DNA of 64,000 nt. It comes from Lama guanicoe (taxonomy: Eukaryota). The notes beneath the pieces were generated by a model. That model made no database searches. It worked only from the letters and a program-made list of their open reading frames with translations, and was not told the DNA's origin. Position 1 is the stretch's first letter. The number at the start of each line of letters is the position of its first letter. This document shows, in pieces, positions 36,338 to 49,972 of the stretch. The DNA lies in contig MU054391.1 of the NCBI GenBank assembly GCA_013239625.1, positions 9,457,095 to 9,521,094 on the forward strand, read 5' to 3'. Position numbers and translations under genes: made by a program.

Positions 36338-38296
36338 GTACTGAAAAACTGGGAAACTCTGTAACACTTGAGTTCTTTGGAGGAGGCAAAAGGGTCTCTA
36401 AACACACTTTAAGGTCACAGAGGAGCTAGCCCAGTGTGAATCCTCAACTCAGTGTGGAGAAGTTTCAAGAAAGTCTCATGACTGAATTCCTAGAAGTAAG
36501 GGTCTCGGGGTAGGGAGGTGCGTCCCCTCAGCACAGTACACCGCTGGCGTGGATTTCTGCATCTGGAGGCCACAGAGGTTTTTGGGTGTTGGCACAACCC
36601 CAGGCAAACCACTCACAGTCTGCAGCGAGGCCTCACGACCGCAGAGTTTCAGCACAATGCTGCACGTCAGAGGCGCAGGTGGAAGCGTTATGACGGTGCC
36701 CTAGTGCCGTTTAAAAATGACTTGGGTGTTGCAGCATTCCCATGTGGTTTCTTATTTTGACTGTGTGTGTGTGTGGTGTGTGAGAGCAGGTGGCGTGGTT
36801 AGTTCACAGTCAGGGCGTCTCTGTTCCAGTTGCATCTAATTACATCTAGTTGCATTCTAGTTACATCTGACTGATGCATTCGAGATAAAGACTCTTTAAA
36901 GTGAAAACTGATATACTGACCTATGGAATTCTGGAGGGCATTGGGAAGTCCCTATGCAGGACGAACAGGGAAAGGCAATTTTTAATACATCACTGTTTTA
37001 TTCTCAAAGAGGCCCATGGCAAAGTTTAGTGGGAACACCTAAGCCGAGATACAAATACAGTGTACAATGGTGCTGAGGAAAAAAAAAACATTGAAAGTAT
37101 GCAGCCTGATTTTCTTCAGTTTCCCCTTCTCCTGATTTCTTGGATTTACAATAAAAAATCGGCTAAGAAAAGACTGTAGCTCTTAGTTTCTTGTCAATCC
37201 CTAGCATTGTGCAACTTTTATTTGAGCCCAGAAGACAGGGAGGTTACCACCAGACAAGCCCCCTCCCTTCCTACTGCAGACTGATTTCTGAAAAGGCCCC
37301 TGTTACGCACTGAGCTGTGATGACGGATACTCACAAAGTCTTCACAGAAGCTTTGCATTATTTTGAAAATACATCTAAATGAATAAAGGTACTAGATTTT
37401 TCTCATTTTGTTCATTATGACTATTTCCAAATGCAATTACGTTTCACTTTCTGCCTCCTTTGTCATTAACAAAATTTACATCATGGCGAATTTTAATCAG
37501 TCTCTTCACTGCACCTCTGCAGTAGGATTCTCCTCTCCTTTCTGGTGCCTGGAAGACACCCTCTTATATTTTTGTTAAAACACACACACACACACGCTTC
37601 AGATGAAAGAAGATCACCCTACAGAGAGGTTTCAATAACGATCATAAAACACAAATTCATTAAAACACAACCCTGCGCTATCTAATCCTAAAGTGTGAAG
37701 TTTAAAAAGGGAAGTGAAAGTTTCTCCCTCAATCATGGTAACAAGACAACCAGCCTTGAGTGGGATCTCGAGCCTTGACACCAGCGCCCCATCTTCAAGC
37801 CGGGAGGCGAGGCGAGGCAGCTTCAGTGGTGTGTATGTTGCCGGGGGGAAACGCGAGCTGAGACGTCCCGTGGCGCCAGTAAGCACTTCCTGCAGCCGCT
37901 TTCTCACCTTTAATTAGCAGATAACCAAACACACACATCCAGGCCTAGAAAACCTGCCTGACACTAGGAGTGCTTCGCCCAAATTTCAGGTGGCAAGGAC
38001 TAGTCCGGTGGACCTAGGATGCTCTGACGTTTACTTAAGAGACTAACCCACTGCTTCCCTGGAGGAAACGCTTTGGCATATGGATTTGTACTCTTGGCAT
38101 CTAAACACAGCGTGTGGTTCACAGGAGGAACTTAGTTAAGTGTTCGTAAAACAAACAAGTATCTACTTAAACAAACAGAATTCAGAGAATTCGGTACATA
38201 AGACAGTCCTAGGTAAGTCGTGGTTGTTATTTATGAGAATGGCTACATGAGTTCATTTCTCTGAAACATAAAGAAGAGGAAAGTCCCCCGGAGTAC

Positions 38297-38425
38297 CTGA
38301 GTGATGGCGGTGACGTGCTCCAGCGCCGCGGCCTGCAGACCCTCGTCCTGGCTCTCGAGGAGAAGCTTCAGGGCCGGGAGCAGCAGGGACTGCTGGAGCA
38401 GCAGCGAGCACAGCTCCTTCACACC
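38297..38425 (-). CDS. NBAS: NBAS penultimate coding exon (129 nt)
   Basis: Acceptor gctttcag|GGT and donor CAG|gtactc. Translates GVKELCSLLLQQSLLLPALKLLLESQDEGLQAAALEHVTAITQ; phase 0 at both ends. Confidence 0.94.
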
Positions 38426-41400
38426 CTGAAAGCACCAGGCGACAACGTGAGTGAGAAAGCAGGGAAGCGCTGGGCCGCCCGGGCGCGGTCCTCCCACACC
38501 TTTACCCACGAGGGTGCGTGTCTGTGCGAAACGTGCACATGGGACCACACTGACTTAGTGTTGGGTACCCGCTTCACTCGCTTCGCCATCTCCTGTGAAC
38601 GTCGTTCCCCGTATCGGATGCTCGTCCATGGCACTGCTTTTAGTGGTTGCATAGCATCCCACTGGATGGACAGACAGCTACAATTTATTTTCCTAAACTC
38701 TCAGAGCCCTCATTTCTTCATAAATAAAATGGAGGTAACTGTATCTACTTCGCAGTGTTTTGCATGGGTGTGTGTGTGAGAGAATAAGTATGAGTGACTA
38801 ATAATGCACAATGCTCAGCATTTACAAGATGCTTAACAACAAAATTATCAACCATTAATACTATCAAAAATACCCAGTTATCATCTACTGTAACAAAGGA
38901 AATCAGCATTTCAAATATTTTAAAATCTGTTTCTAATTCTAAAGTCAAGGTAAACCGAGTGCTTGATATACTTAAGATATTCCATCTTCATGAAAACTCT
39001 GTGGTCCAGAAAAATCCAAATGTATTTGGAACTCCACAGATGCATTTGAATTTTATTCTTGGCTCTTTTTACCATGGCTAAACCTGTCATCAGACAGCAG
39101 GTTTCTATATAAGATAACAAATGATCATCGTTCACAACAAAAGTATAAAAGCATAGAAAATAAATTTGCAAGCTAGCGCTCCCTGCTGAGTTATATGTTC
39201 CCTCGGTGTCCTGACTTCAGCTGTAACATAAAGAACAGAACACTTGGACCAAAGACCAGACAATGAGTGTAACTGCATTACATACAGCGAGGTCTGTTTC
39301 TGAAAGAACTGAGAATCACTGCCCTGTATGGGTCTGACCTTTCTCTTGTGCTGCTGTAACAGTAGCGTATCAGAGAAGGAAAACTCAAATTCATGATATT
39401 TTCATAATTCCTTTACATTATTATAAAGTGTAGATAAAATAAGGTGGACACAAAGAAGCTCCTATTTAAAGCTTGGGAGAAAGGTCTCTGGAATTCCACT
39501 CACTGTAGGTTTTTTTAGCTCTCACCCAGCGGGATTCTGCTGGAAATCAGATTGGACGTTGTGCCACACAAACCTGTGTGAAAACGATCAGTATCACCAA
39601 GGTAACAGTTTTGAAAAACGTGTACTTCAAACATGGATTCTAACTCAGAAAAGTGCTGCGTGTGCCTTAAAGCACAGAGGACACACAGAGGGGTCTCACC
39701 CAGCATCTGGGCTGAAGAGAAATGCGGATTTTTAACCCGGGGATGCCTACACCTGCAGGGAATATTTGGGAGGATGAAATTTAAACTTGGTACATACTGT
39801 ACCTAAGAATATTTGTGGATTGCCCTCTCTGAACACTCGTATTTGCTTGTTCGGTAAGTTAACCAGTACGTGGCAAGCAGGTATTTCTCAGCAACGTGTG
39901 ATGCTCAGACTAAGCGCATCGCTTGGCTGATCTTGGCTCTGATGAAAAACTTACTGAAATAACCTTTATTTCCCTCAAGCAGACACAATGGATAGATACC
40001 CCACAGCCAGGCAAGGACACCCAGCCATGGAACAACTCATTTCATGAGAGCTACTGAGTATTTTTTTATCACTCAGCTAATAGTTACTGGCTAAACACTT
40101 ACCCTGTAATTAAATACTATACTATGCTCACCAGGTATTTCCCCCTGTGTTACAAGAGGAAAGTTTACTAGGACATTTATAAAGGGATTTTGGAAGCTGC
40201 AAGGAAGAGCAAAGTAGCAGAGTGAACCCCAGAACCCCTTCTATGGCACCTTCACAGCTCAAGTCTGTCTGACCATCAAGACATAGTATAACACGAGACC
40301 TTGAATGAAGAGGAGCAGGTGGGCCTGGGCCCAGAGCCGGGCCAGAACTCTGGGCATCTGTCCTGCCTGTGGACTGTGGCTTACAGTGATGTCCTGGTCC
40401 CTGTGGCTGACGGCTGTCAGAGAAGCAGGACTGGTCCACCATGGACCTTCCATTCTCACACAACCCTCCTGCTGGTCTGGAGGAATCCAGCACCTAAAGG
40501 TGTTGCACGGCCTGCGACAAGAGCGTGGGGCACAAGGTTTACCGGGACAGGCGTTGTCGAGGCTAAAAATCGAGCTCTTGACATCATCAGAAGTGCCTCC
40601 ACCACGAGAGAGAACAGTCATGCTGAGACTTAGGAGCTGGGCTCCGCTGGGCGTCTCACTTCCACACCCCCACCCACAGCATCTGCACCTCGGCAAAATC
40701 ATGGACACTAAGGGGCGGCTGGAACTTGAAGCTTTAAACCTAAATGCCAAGGACTTGTTTTACGCCAGTTTCTGATTCTACAGATCCCCCTACTCCTGAG
40801 AATGTTTCATTGCCATGGATACAAGCTGAGAAGAAGGATGCGTGACTTTCAAGACTCGTGGACACGTGACCTGTGAGAAACCGCAACTTTCTCTTTCTGG
40901 CAATATTTCCCATCAGCAAAACCATCAAGGCCATAAGTAAACAAGTACCATGAGCAACAGCAGGTAATCACAAAAAGGCGTCCTGAAGAATCGAGAAATA
41001 AAAAGCCTCTACCTATAGGAAACTAGTGGGGAGGTGGGGAACAGGGATGAAGGAAAAAGTGGGGCCCTTTAAGTCCTGTCAGAGGTAATCAAGCAAACGT
41101 ACTTCACAAACCACACAGGAGGGCACCAGAGATACGAGAGTAAAAAATTGAGTCATGGATGATTCTACGGCCATAGTGACAGTCAATCTTACGGAACTCT
41201 GAAATGAGGCTATATAATTTCCAAATGTGGTAAAATAAAGTTCCTTCCTTTGTAACAATTCTAATTCACATTGAGCACATTTAGCGATTAATAAAAATAG
41301 TACCCATTTGAGCAAAGTTCCTTTAATCATGACATCCTAAGAAAAAAATCCACAAATGCACCCAATTAAAAGGCAGAAAGCAGCAAAAAGAAGCAGTCAC

Positions 41401-44191
41401 TGGGCAACACAACTCTTTTGATAATGATCTTTCATCGCATCCAATTGGAACAGAGAAGCGATAACGACCTGCTTCAAAAGGGGGCTCAACCCCATCCTTC
41501 CTCCTCACCCCAAGATCACGAGAGGCAGTGAGTCCTGTGCTGTGCACGGAGAAGTAAACAGACAGCCTCCGCTCATGCTCCTCCCTGGACTGGAGACCCT
41601 GCAGCACAGCCAGAACCAGAGGCCCCCTGAGATCACCCACCCTAAACCCTTGTTTCAGAGACGAGAGAACGGAGGTCCAGAGTCTCTCTGGCCACAGGTC
41701 GTGTCGTGGCCCCACAAAAGGGCTCCTTCTGCTGTGCTGGGTCTGAGGCCCCTGCCCTTCAGATGCTCCTGGTCCTAACAAGGAGGAGAGGTGAGTGCAG
41801 CCGACCTTGAGTTATGCAGAAGTTGGGACGCCGGCGCTCAGCGCACTTAAAAGTCCAAGTGTAACTCCCAGCCGGCCCTCCGCACCCGCAGTCCCTCCGC
41901 ACCCCGGGGGGCACGCTAGTACTTAGCATCGAAAAAAGTCCACGTAGAAGTGGACCACACTGCTCAAGCCCGTGCTGCTCCAGGTTCCACTGTGAGGCCG
42001 CCTCTGCGGGGCGGTGTGGTGTGGTGTGTGCTTAAGGCGCCGGCTGATTTCCTCAAAACACTTGGGATCACTGACCAGATGATTCTGAGACCAAACAGGA
42101 GCCTTACAAATACACTTCACATGCTACTCTCGTTGTCCGAGCACCTCACCCGGGCTGCAGAAGGAGGCGGATCCTCACATCATTACAGCTGTTTAGCTTC
42201 TCATTTAACCACCAAGTCTTTTATTTTTTTTTAAATAGGAAATAGAGAGCATACCTTATTATACATTGGTCAATAAAAAGAACACACTTTTCCTTATATG
42301 TCCTGGAAGGTTCCCCTAGACTTTGAGTGTAATCCTGACAGGACTTACTTCTGCCATGGACACTCAGATATTACCTATCACCCACCCCCTGGTGGCTAGA
42401 AGATGACATATGTAACTGTTACTGAACCTCGATTATGCAGCTACTGGCATGATGTGTGGGTCAGAGATGCAATGGCCATATTCTCAGCTAAATTACGTTC
42501 TTTGCCTTAGAACTAATTATAGTCAAAGTAACTCAGTATTTAAAAAAAAATCTTTAGGTACTGATGGAGATCCTCACACTTAACATCTAAAACACCGATC
42601 ATCTAGACCCTACACACTACAGGCTGCTCTTGAGGGAAGTATCATACAAAAGGGAAAAAATTGACAATAAAACTTACACAACTGCCTAAGGCTGACATTC
42701 AATATGCACACACCCCAGGGGTGTGAGAGCGCCCACCTGGAAGTGTTTATTTTCTAAGCGTTCAAGCACGGAGACTTGAGGACCAGACGTACACTCACTG
42801 CCCGAGGGACCTGGGGCGGGACCCCTGGCCTCAGAGCCTCTACTGCACGAGCTATCAAATGCAGGGCACGGAACCCCCTCAAGGGTGATGACGAAAGTGA
42901 AACGGGACAGCGGAAGTGAAGGCCCCAGGGCTCCAGCAAAGGCCAGTCACTGCCATTACCACCAGCTGGTTCCACAGGAGCGACAGATCCTAAGTGACAT
43001 GAGTGACGTTTGCCAACCCAGACTTGGCAGAACTCCGAGCGGGACACTTCCGGTGTTTGGTCTTCATCTAGCAATGCCTGACCTTAGCTTATGTTAAGGC
43101 AAAGATGAAACCCATGTTATTCACATCTTATCTACCTCGGTGGGGGTAATAAACTGAGTCCCCACTCCCTGCAGTATGTGGATTCCTGCCTTGGGCGAAA
43201 CAGATGACACAGCCCTGGTTCCCCCCTCCAGCTGCTCACAGTACAGCAGGGCAGCTCACAGTAAATCAGGAGCTGATACAAGCAAATCGCATGCCACTGG
43301 AGTAAGGGCACTATAGAGTAGTTCTGTCACGCTGTGGTTGGAAAACTCCTCTAAGTGGATACAACATTTTAAAATGCAATCAGAAAACACTTAGCCAGTC
43401 CCTCATTCAGAAAATAATTCATTAAATGTGCATTCATAATGAGAATATTTTCCTGGAGTGATTACAACGAGGATTCAGAGAATCATATTTACAATTTTAT
43501 TTTCAAGTTTATCTCCTATGAGGTAGAAATTCAAAAACCAATTAATCAGTTTAGTGCCATTATCCAAATGCTTACATTTAAGACAGGTAAATTGCTCAAA
43601 CAATATACTGCTGAGCTCAGATCCGCAGCAGGGGCTGTAATTAATATATATTTATATATAACACAGATATCGCTGTGACAGTCGTATTATGGGATCAAAT
43701 AGAGAACAAGAGTCAAAGTGGAAGTGGCTGAGTTTCTACCACGTTCACAGAGAATAAACACCATGGCTGTGCAGTCTTATCACAGTGCTGTCCAACAGCA
43801 CAGCTGGTTACCCCCCGAGGGCCACTGCGGCCCACCACTTCGTTACCAACTGGCCTGGTTCACAGATGTGACCCTTGAGCTACCATGACCCCTTGGAGCA
43901 GAAAACTGAGTTAGACATAAAAGGGCATCCCCACAAAAAAGCGAAGACAGGGCTCTACCCTGGGACTTGTGAGAGGAAGAGGCCTTCAGAGATCCAACCA
44001 AGAGGGAGCCGCCTCGAAGCAGCCTCCCGGCGCTGCTGTTCCTCATCTGATCGGCTACAAACTATGGGCCTTTACCTGCCGATAACATAAGCTAAGTGTT
44101 CCCCAAGTACAGTCGCTGATATTGCTTATAATAAAGGGCCGGGAAGGGGGAGGGCTACCCCCCGGGAAAGCCGCCTGAGGCACCCACTCAC

Positions 44192-44336
44192 CTCTGCAGG
44201 CAGCATCTGTTCGGTGTCATACAAAGAGCGACAGATTCTCAGCACTTCGTTCCCCAGCCCTTCCTTGTCCTCTGTCGGACACCTGGTCAGCATCGCTGTA
44301 GCCAGTCTCACCCACGGGTTCTTGGTTACGTTGGTT
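44192..44336 (-). CDS. NBAS: NBAS coding exon, third from last (145 nt)
   Basis: Acceptor tttttctcccttag|A ACC AAC; the first A completes the GT-A Val codon from the previous exon. Donor GAG|gtgagt. Translates TNVTKNPWVRLATAMLTRCPTEDKEGLGNEVLRICRSLYDTEQMLPAE. Confidence 0.93.
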
Positions 44337-47300
44337 CTAAGGGAGAAAAACGCATGGCATTGGACATGCTTAAAGCTATGAGCAATCATAAGAGTTTTAA
44401 TATAGACAAGAAACCCCCCTTTTTGACGTGAAATGCTTTTGGAAAACTGCAGTCATAATCTAGATGATGTGTTTCTTCACGTCTATCTTGTGGAAAAGAG
44501 GACATCTTGCAGAGGGAAAGGAGCTGACTGTGACATGGCCCCAGCAGCATGGAGGCAGTGGGGGATGGGGTGTGAGGGGCACAGGCTGCTGGAAGCCCAG
44601 CAGCTTGGGGCGCACGTTCTGGCTCCTTGACTTGCTACTGGGGTGACTCATGGAAGCTACTTAAAAGCTCTCATTTTAAGGTGTCTCAGAAGATGCTCAC
44701 ATCATCTTGACTCTTGCCCACAAGCACGGGGTCTGAGTACGGAGTCGTTTTGTTTTCCTGTAAAAATCCGCACTGTCTCTCATTCTTGTGTTTTCCTGTG
44801 ATCATGTGTTTGAGTGTGTATCGAGGGTGTCTTTATAAAACGCTAACTCTTGAGTTTCTAAAGGAAAAAAAAAAAAGGTTGCAGCTGTATGGTTCTGGGG
44901 AGGCCACCCGACCCTTCTGGGCTTCGGTTCTTTTCACTCTGAAAAGGCAACGTACTGTCCTCCCCGCAGGGGGCATCGTTTAATGAATGATGTGTAACTG
45001 TGAAGTGTACTCCCAGCACCTGACTTACTATTTACTTTCCTTACCTCCGAGATTGAAAGCGCACAGGCTTGCCTCTCGTTTCCCGCCTCTGGCTGCCACT
45101 TTCCCTTATTTCAGACACACATCAGGATGCACATTTCAAGACCCAAGTTAAAGGTGCGCTCGTGCCCGGGTCCTGATCTTACCTACAGCATTTTAAAATC
45201 GTTTCACTATTTATTAAGAGTGCTGTCTCATTAGCACGGCTCTGGATCCTAGACACTGAACCCCTCAGGATGGTCCTTCCCTTGAAAGAATTTCGTTCCT
45301 TGCGCCTGCGAAGAGCATCAAGGGTAAGCGACATCAACACGGGAGCTCACAACACAGGCCTCTGGCGGAGCCTCTGTGTCTCAGCTCAAACTGACAGCCC
45401 GTGAGGACACAGAACATTGCTGATTCCAAGGCACAGACAAAGCTCGAGAGCGGCTGACGGAGGAGGCTCCGTAGCAAGGACGCGCCCTGTTTCCGTCTTT
45501 CAAGTCTGACTTCAGCTCTCCTGGGTTTTCCTCTAACGGGCCGCCTCCCTGCAGCAGAAACGTTGGTCAGCCAGCACCACGCACTCCAGGGTCTTGGAAA
45601 ACAATGATCAAAAGGCGTTTTCCACCAGCCAGCTGGGGTACACAGGAGGAAAACGTGCATCTTCTGTAAGTACAAATCCATTAAGCTTTCCATCCATGCT
45701 CCCACGAGGGACTAAAACTAAAAGTCTAAAGCTGGTGCTGGTGAATTAGCAGTCTTGTGGATCAAGCAAATTTCTCAGTTTTTAACTTTACTGTGTTGCC
45801 TGGCAACACTCAGTCACTGTCACACCACCCTTCCTCCTCCTCCCCGCCTCCTTTTTGGGTTGCTTTGGAAGCCCTGGAGTCAAGCACTGCACTGTGTCTG
45901 GCCAAAAACAAGGTACTCAGAAGTGCTTTTAAGAACCTGTGTTTAAATATCCCGTCATACATTCTCCTGTAAAACACAAATTGGGACCAGGCAAGCAGCA
46001 GAAATGGACTTTATTTGACTTGCCCTCTGGTTAGCTCTTAGGTAGAGGAAGGAGACACGGCTGTAAGAGGGTTAAGTGGGCTGGTAATGCTTGGTTCTGA
46101 TGCTAATGATTTCATAAAGGAGGTCTGTAAATTCCTCACACAGGTCAGCAATTTACAGATTTCCCAGGAGACTCCAAAAGTAAGAATATACCTTTAAAAA
46201 TGAGTATCTTTTTGTCTACAAACGCATTAAATGTTTTAAGTGCAATAAATGTTTTAAATGAAGCTGATTTGCATCTTGTGGGTGAGTGATTTGAAATGGG
46301 CAGTGTTCTAAAAGTCAGAGAAAGCGCAGAACCACAGTTTATGACACTAGAGGTGTCATATTTTGAATCAGAAAAATTCTCAAGTCTAAGAGATGATCCA
46401 TTTCGAGTGTATGAAGAAATCTACAATTCAGACCTAATGATCTTCTGAAAAAGTGAAGCATCACTAACAATCTGACGAGGGGGCCCCACATCTACTTCCC
46501 ATTATGGTCACCTCGGAGCGTTCAGACACTGATGCTCGGACTCCAGTACGAGAGATGGACCCAACGAGCAAGTGCAGCACTGTTTTTAACAAGCACCCCA
46601 GGTCCTGAGGCAGCGCTGCCGAGATAATTGGGAACCCAATGGAAATGCTGTTTCAAGGCGCTGTCACAAGTGAAGCTGAAGTCTTTATGATGTGAGAACT
46701 TGCACTGCAGAGTTTCAAACAGCGAAGGTAAGAGCCTGTTCTCTAAAGCTCCACGTCAGCATGCCATCTCTGCCCTCAACAACCGAGATCTAAGAAATGC
46801 TTCTTTCCTTTCTGAAAAGACTCGGTGGAAAAACTGCTTGGTTGGCTTCAGAAATCCCTAAGAATCTCATGCCAGGGTGAAGGTAAAGAGGCTTGTCCAG
46901 ATGTTCCTGAGTGGTCCTACACTGCTCACGGAACTACTGATTTTCAGGAAAACATCCTTAACATCTCAGGTGTGGAGACGCGCACACAGCCGAGCGTGGG
47001 AAGACGGAGAGGAGGCCCGCCGGGCGTCTGGAAGAGGCGCAGGGGCTGCTGCTTTCTGTCAACAAGGAGCAGCCGGTCCTGACAGACAGCATATGCACTT
47101 GGAGGAGATCTGGCCACTCCCTCCAAAGGAATCCTTGGCCGATAAGCACAGGGATGGTCTGACCACTGTCACGTAGCTCAGAGCTGCGGCCGCCAGCTGG
47201 GCAGGACGTGGAGGAAACCACGTGGACCGTGCAGGGAGCCCGCAGTGGTCAGACCTCAGTCTCCTCCACCTAACAGCCGAGTGAGGCCGAAGTTATTTCA

Positions 47301-47749
47301 CCTCTGAGCTTCAATTTTTTCACCTATAAAATGTGCTAACGTCGCCTTCCCATGTAGATCTGTTGTGTGAACTGGTAACATGTAAACTGCACATAACGCT
47401 GTGTGTTCTCAATACATGGAATTATCCATTTACTCCACGTGGATTCTCAAGTTAGCACTGTCAGCTGTGTTAAGAGTCAAAAAATTTCCTGGTGAAAATA
47501 CTGGCACAAAATTACCTTGTTGACGCCACAAATCAGATATTCTTATCAAGCACTGTCTGTCTATTTTTAAAGAAGATCTTTGGGTTTAGGGGCAAGGAGA
47601 AATAGAAACCGCAATACTTCAAGAAAAAATTTTAATTTCATCTAAAGGCTAATACCGATTTTATATATATATCCCTCACGGCTCTTCTGAAGGTACTGAT
47701 TTTTAAAACCTAAAGTCAGACAGAAGATATCTTCCATGTTAATACTCAC

Positions 47750-47889
47750 ACATATTCACGCTTCATAGGTGGCCACGCCTGCAAGAGCAAAACCAGGTGC
47801 TGAAACTCAGCGTCTCGGTGACTGGCGTCCAGGAGCTCCACGAAGAGTGAGTAGCGCTTCTCCTCATCCTCCGTGTCAGTGACGCCCAC
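47750..47889 (-). CDS. NBAS: NBAS coding exon, fourth from last (140 nt)
   Basis: Acceptor cttccag|GTG and donor TAT GT|gtgagt. Translates VGVTDTEDEEKRYSLFVELLDASHRDAEFQHLVLLLQAWPPMKREY(V); lies within ORF 47746..48030. Confidence 0.95.
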
Positions 47890-49529
47890 CTGGAAGGCGA
47901 ACACACACCTGAAACTGGCGGCCAAAGCTGTCTGATTTACAGAGAAATTCAAATTTGACCATTTTGATGAAACACTCTCTTGGAAATCTTTACAATGTGT
48001 TAAGAGACGATTCAACATCCCCCACCCCAAACCCTATCCCCCCAAAACACCTTCAAAAGCTGTTTTACCCAATTTCAAACATTTATGTTAAAATTTTTTT
48101 AGAACGCAATCACAGGAAGTTTCTTAATATTTTTATCAAAATAAATTCAAACAAGTGGGTTTCCACAGAACTGGCTTACTGGCATGCAATGTATGTTATG
48201 TTAAAACACTGAATTGTCTCTAAATACCTACATGCACAGGAGTTTTTATCCAAATTTAGTAGATGAATGCCTTATTAAAATTATCACAAAGAAGTATCCC
48301 TGTTTTACCTGTTTCAGAACTAAACGCTCTATTTCAAGATATTAGACTCAAGAATAAAATAACACCTTGCAATTTGACAGAAAACTGACATAAATCTATC
48401 AGAATAATGATTCAACTACCTGAAATGTTTTCTTCTTCCATGTAAAGACAAATATGCAAATCAAATATAAATATAATGTTTTCAGGCACATATGTATTCA
48501 TACACGCTAAATGTTTAAAAGGATACAGTTCTGTAATTTTAAAAAAATACTAAATTGTCTCATGTGAAACTGCAATAGTTTACCATATTCAACATTTGCT
48601 AATATTTCTAGTTTAAATTATCCTAAATGTGTTGCAAATTTTCATTTTAGCATTACTACTGCTAAATCTTCTGTTGTCGAGAAAATTTCTCTAATTCAAA
48701 ATTAAAGATTTTTATTACAGTACATCTGTCATGACTTTCTTTGGTATAAATCATAATCAAATAAAAGACCTGTTATTCACATTTCCATTTCTAATGCAAA
48801 AAAAAGTCTGTCAAATAAAGAATACTCATTTTTCCTCTCACTAAATGACCAAATGATACTTCTTACACATTGAGGCAGTCCTGAATCACATCTCTGACAC
48901 CTCCGTAAATGAAAATATTTGCTATTTTAAGTTAGAATGCAGTTTTAAATATAAAAATAAGCCAAACGCTGCTTCTCCTGCTTCGCAGGCTCTCTCAACA
49001 CAGATGCTCTATGTCTGGGTATGTAAGACTCAGACGGTGATAGCGTGGAAGGATGAGAATGGATGGTACCTCTGTGTCACCATGAGACTACTGTGGTTAC
49101 TATGGGGAGTGTGCTCAGACAGTGACCAGTCAGATTGTTCAAACTCTGCCTTAAAGTGCCCCCTCCACCGTCATTCTTCCACAGAATAATAACCCACAAG
49201 CATTTTCTAGCTGTTGAAAAATTTTGTAATACATTACGCCCATTGACCCTTACAACAGCTGTGTGGAGAACAGCACAGGTATTGTTAACCTCTCTTTACA
49301 GATGAAGAAACAGGCTTACCTATCCTAGTAACATGGTGAGCAAGTGGCAGAACCCATAGATAATCATTCTCAGATCAGGATGTTCTGAAACTAGAGGGCT
49401 CAGTAAGATAGATGAGCTTTGAATTATTTAAATCAGTGGTCTAATTGGGAGTTTGGCAATATTTGCTTGTGTATTTCTAAAGAAACGTTGAAAAAAAAAA
49501 AGCTCTCAAACTCAAGACATGCACCTGTC

Positions 49530-49972
49530 ATTACATGACCTCACCGCCCTAAACTCCTCCAGCCCCAGGGCCCTGCAGACACTCTGTGTCTTCATCACCC
49601 ACACTTCCACCTCGGAAGCCTGGATCTGCTTCCTGTCTGGAACATTCCTTCCTCAGATACCTGCACGGCACATTCCCTCATTCCCTTCAAGTCTCTCAAA
49701 CGTCAACATATCAGAAAGTGCACTGCGTTTAACTGCCCCACCTAAAGCAGTGGCCCCCTCCCCATCTACCTCCCTCACCTTGGTTTACTTTCCTTCTGAG
49801 CACTTATAAGGATGTAACATATTGCATATCTATTGGTGAAAACAGAGACCTTTATGTGTTCACTGCTTTATCCCTGCGACTTAAAATCAATCACGCCTGA
49901 TATAGAGGAAATGCAGAGAACCTACTGAGTGAGTGAATGAACGAATGAGTGGATATACAAATGAACGAATGA
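49530..49972 (+). mobile_element. L2 3' end
   Basis: ctggaacattccttcctcagatacctgcacggc...ttcactgctttatccc...ctactgagtgagtgaatgaacgaatga (L2 tail repeat). Confidence 0.75.

Noticed and set aside
40128..40775. Four overlapping ORFs of 110-163 aa in an NBAS intron
   Set aside because: No recognisable homology, open on both strands, and no extra exon is needed to keep the NBAS frame.
46340..46360. Small perfect hairpin tatgacac-tagag-gtgtcata (similar ones near 46105-46140 and 52813-52840)
   Set aside because: Stems of 7-9 bp are expected by chance in 64 kb and are too short for a pre-miRNA.
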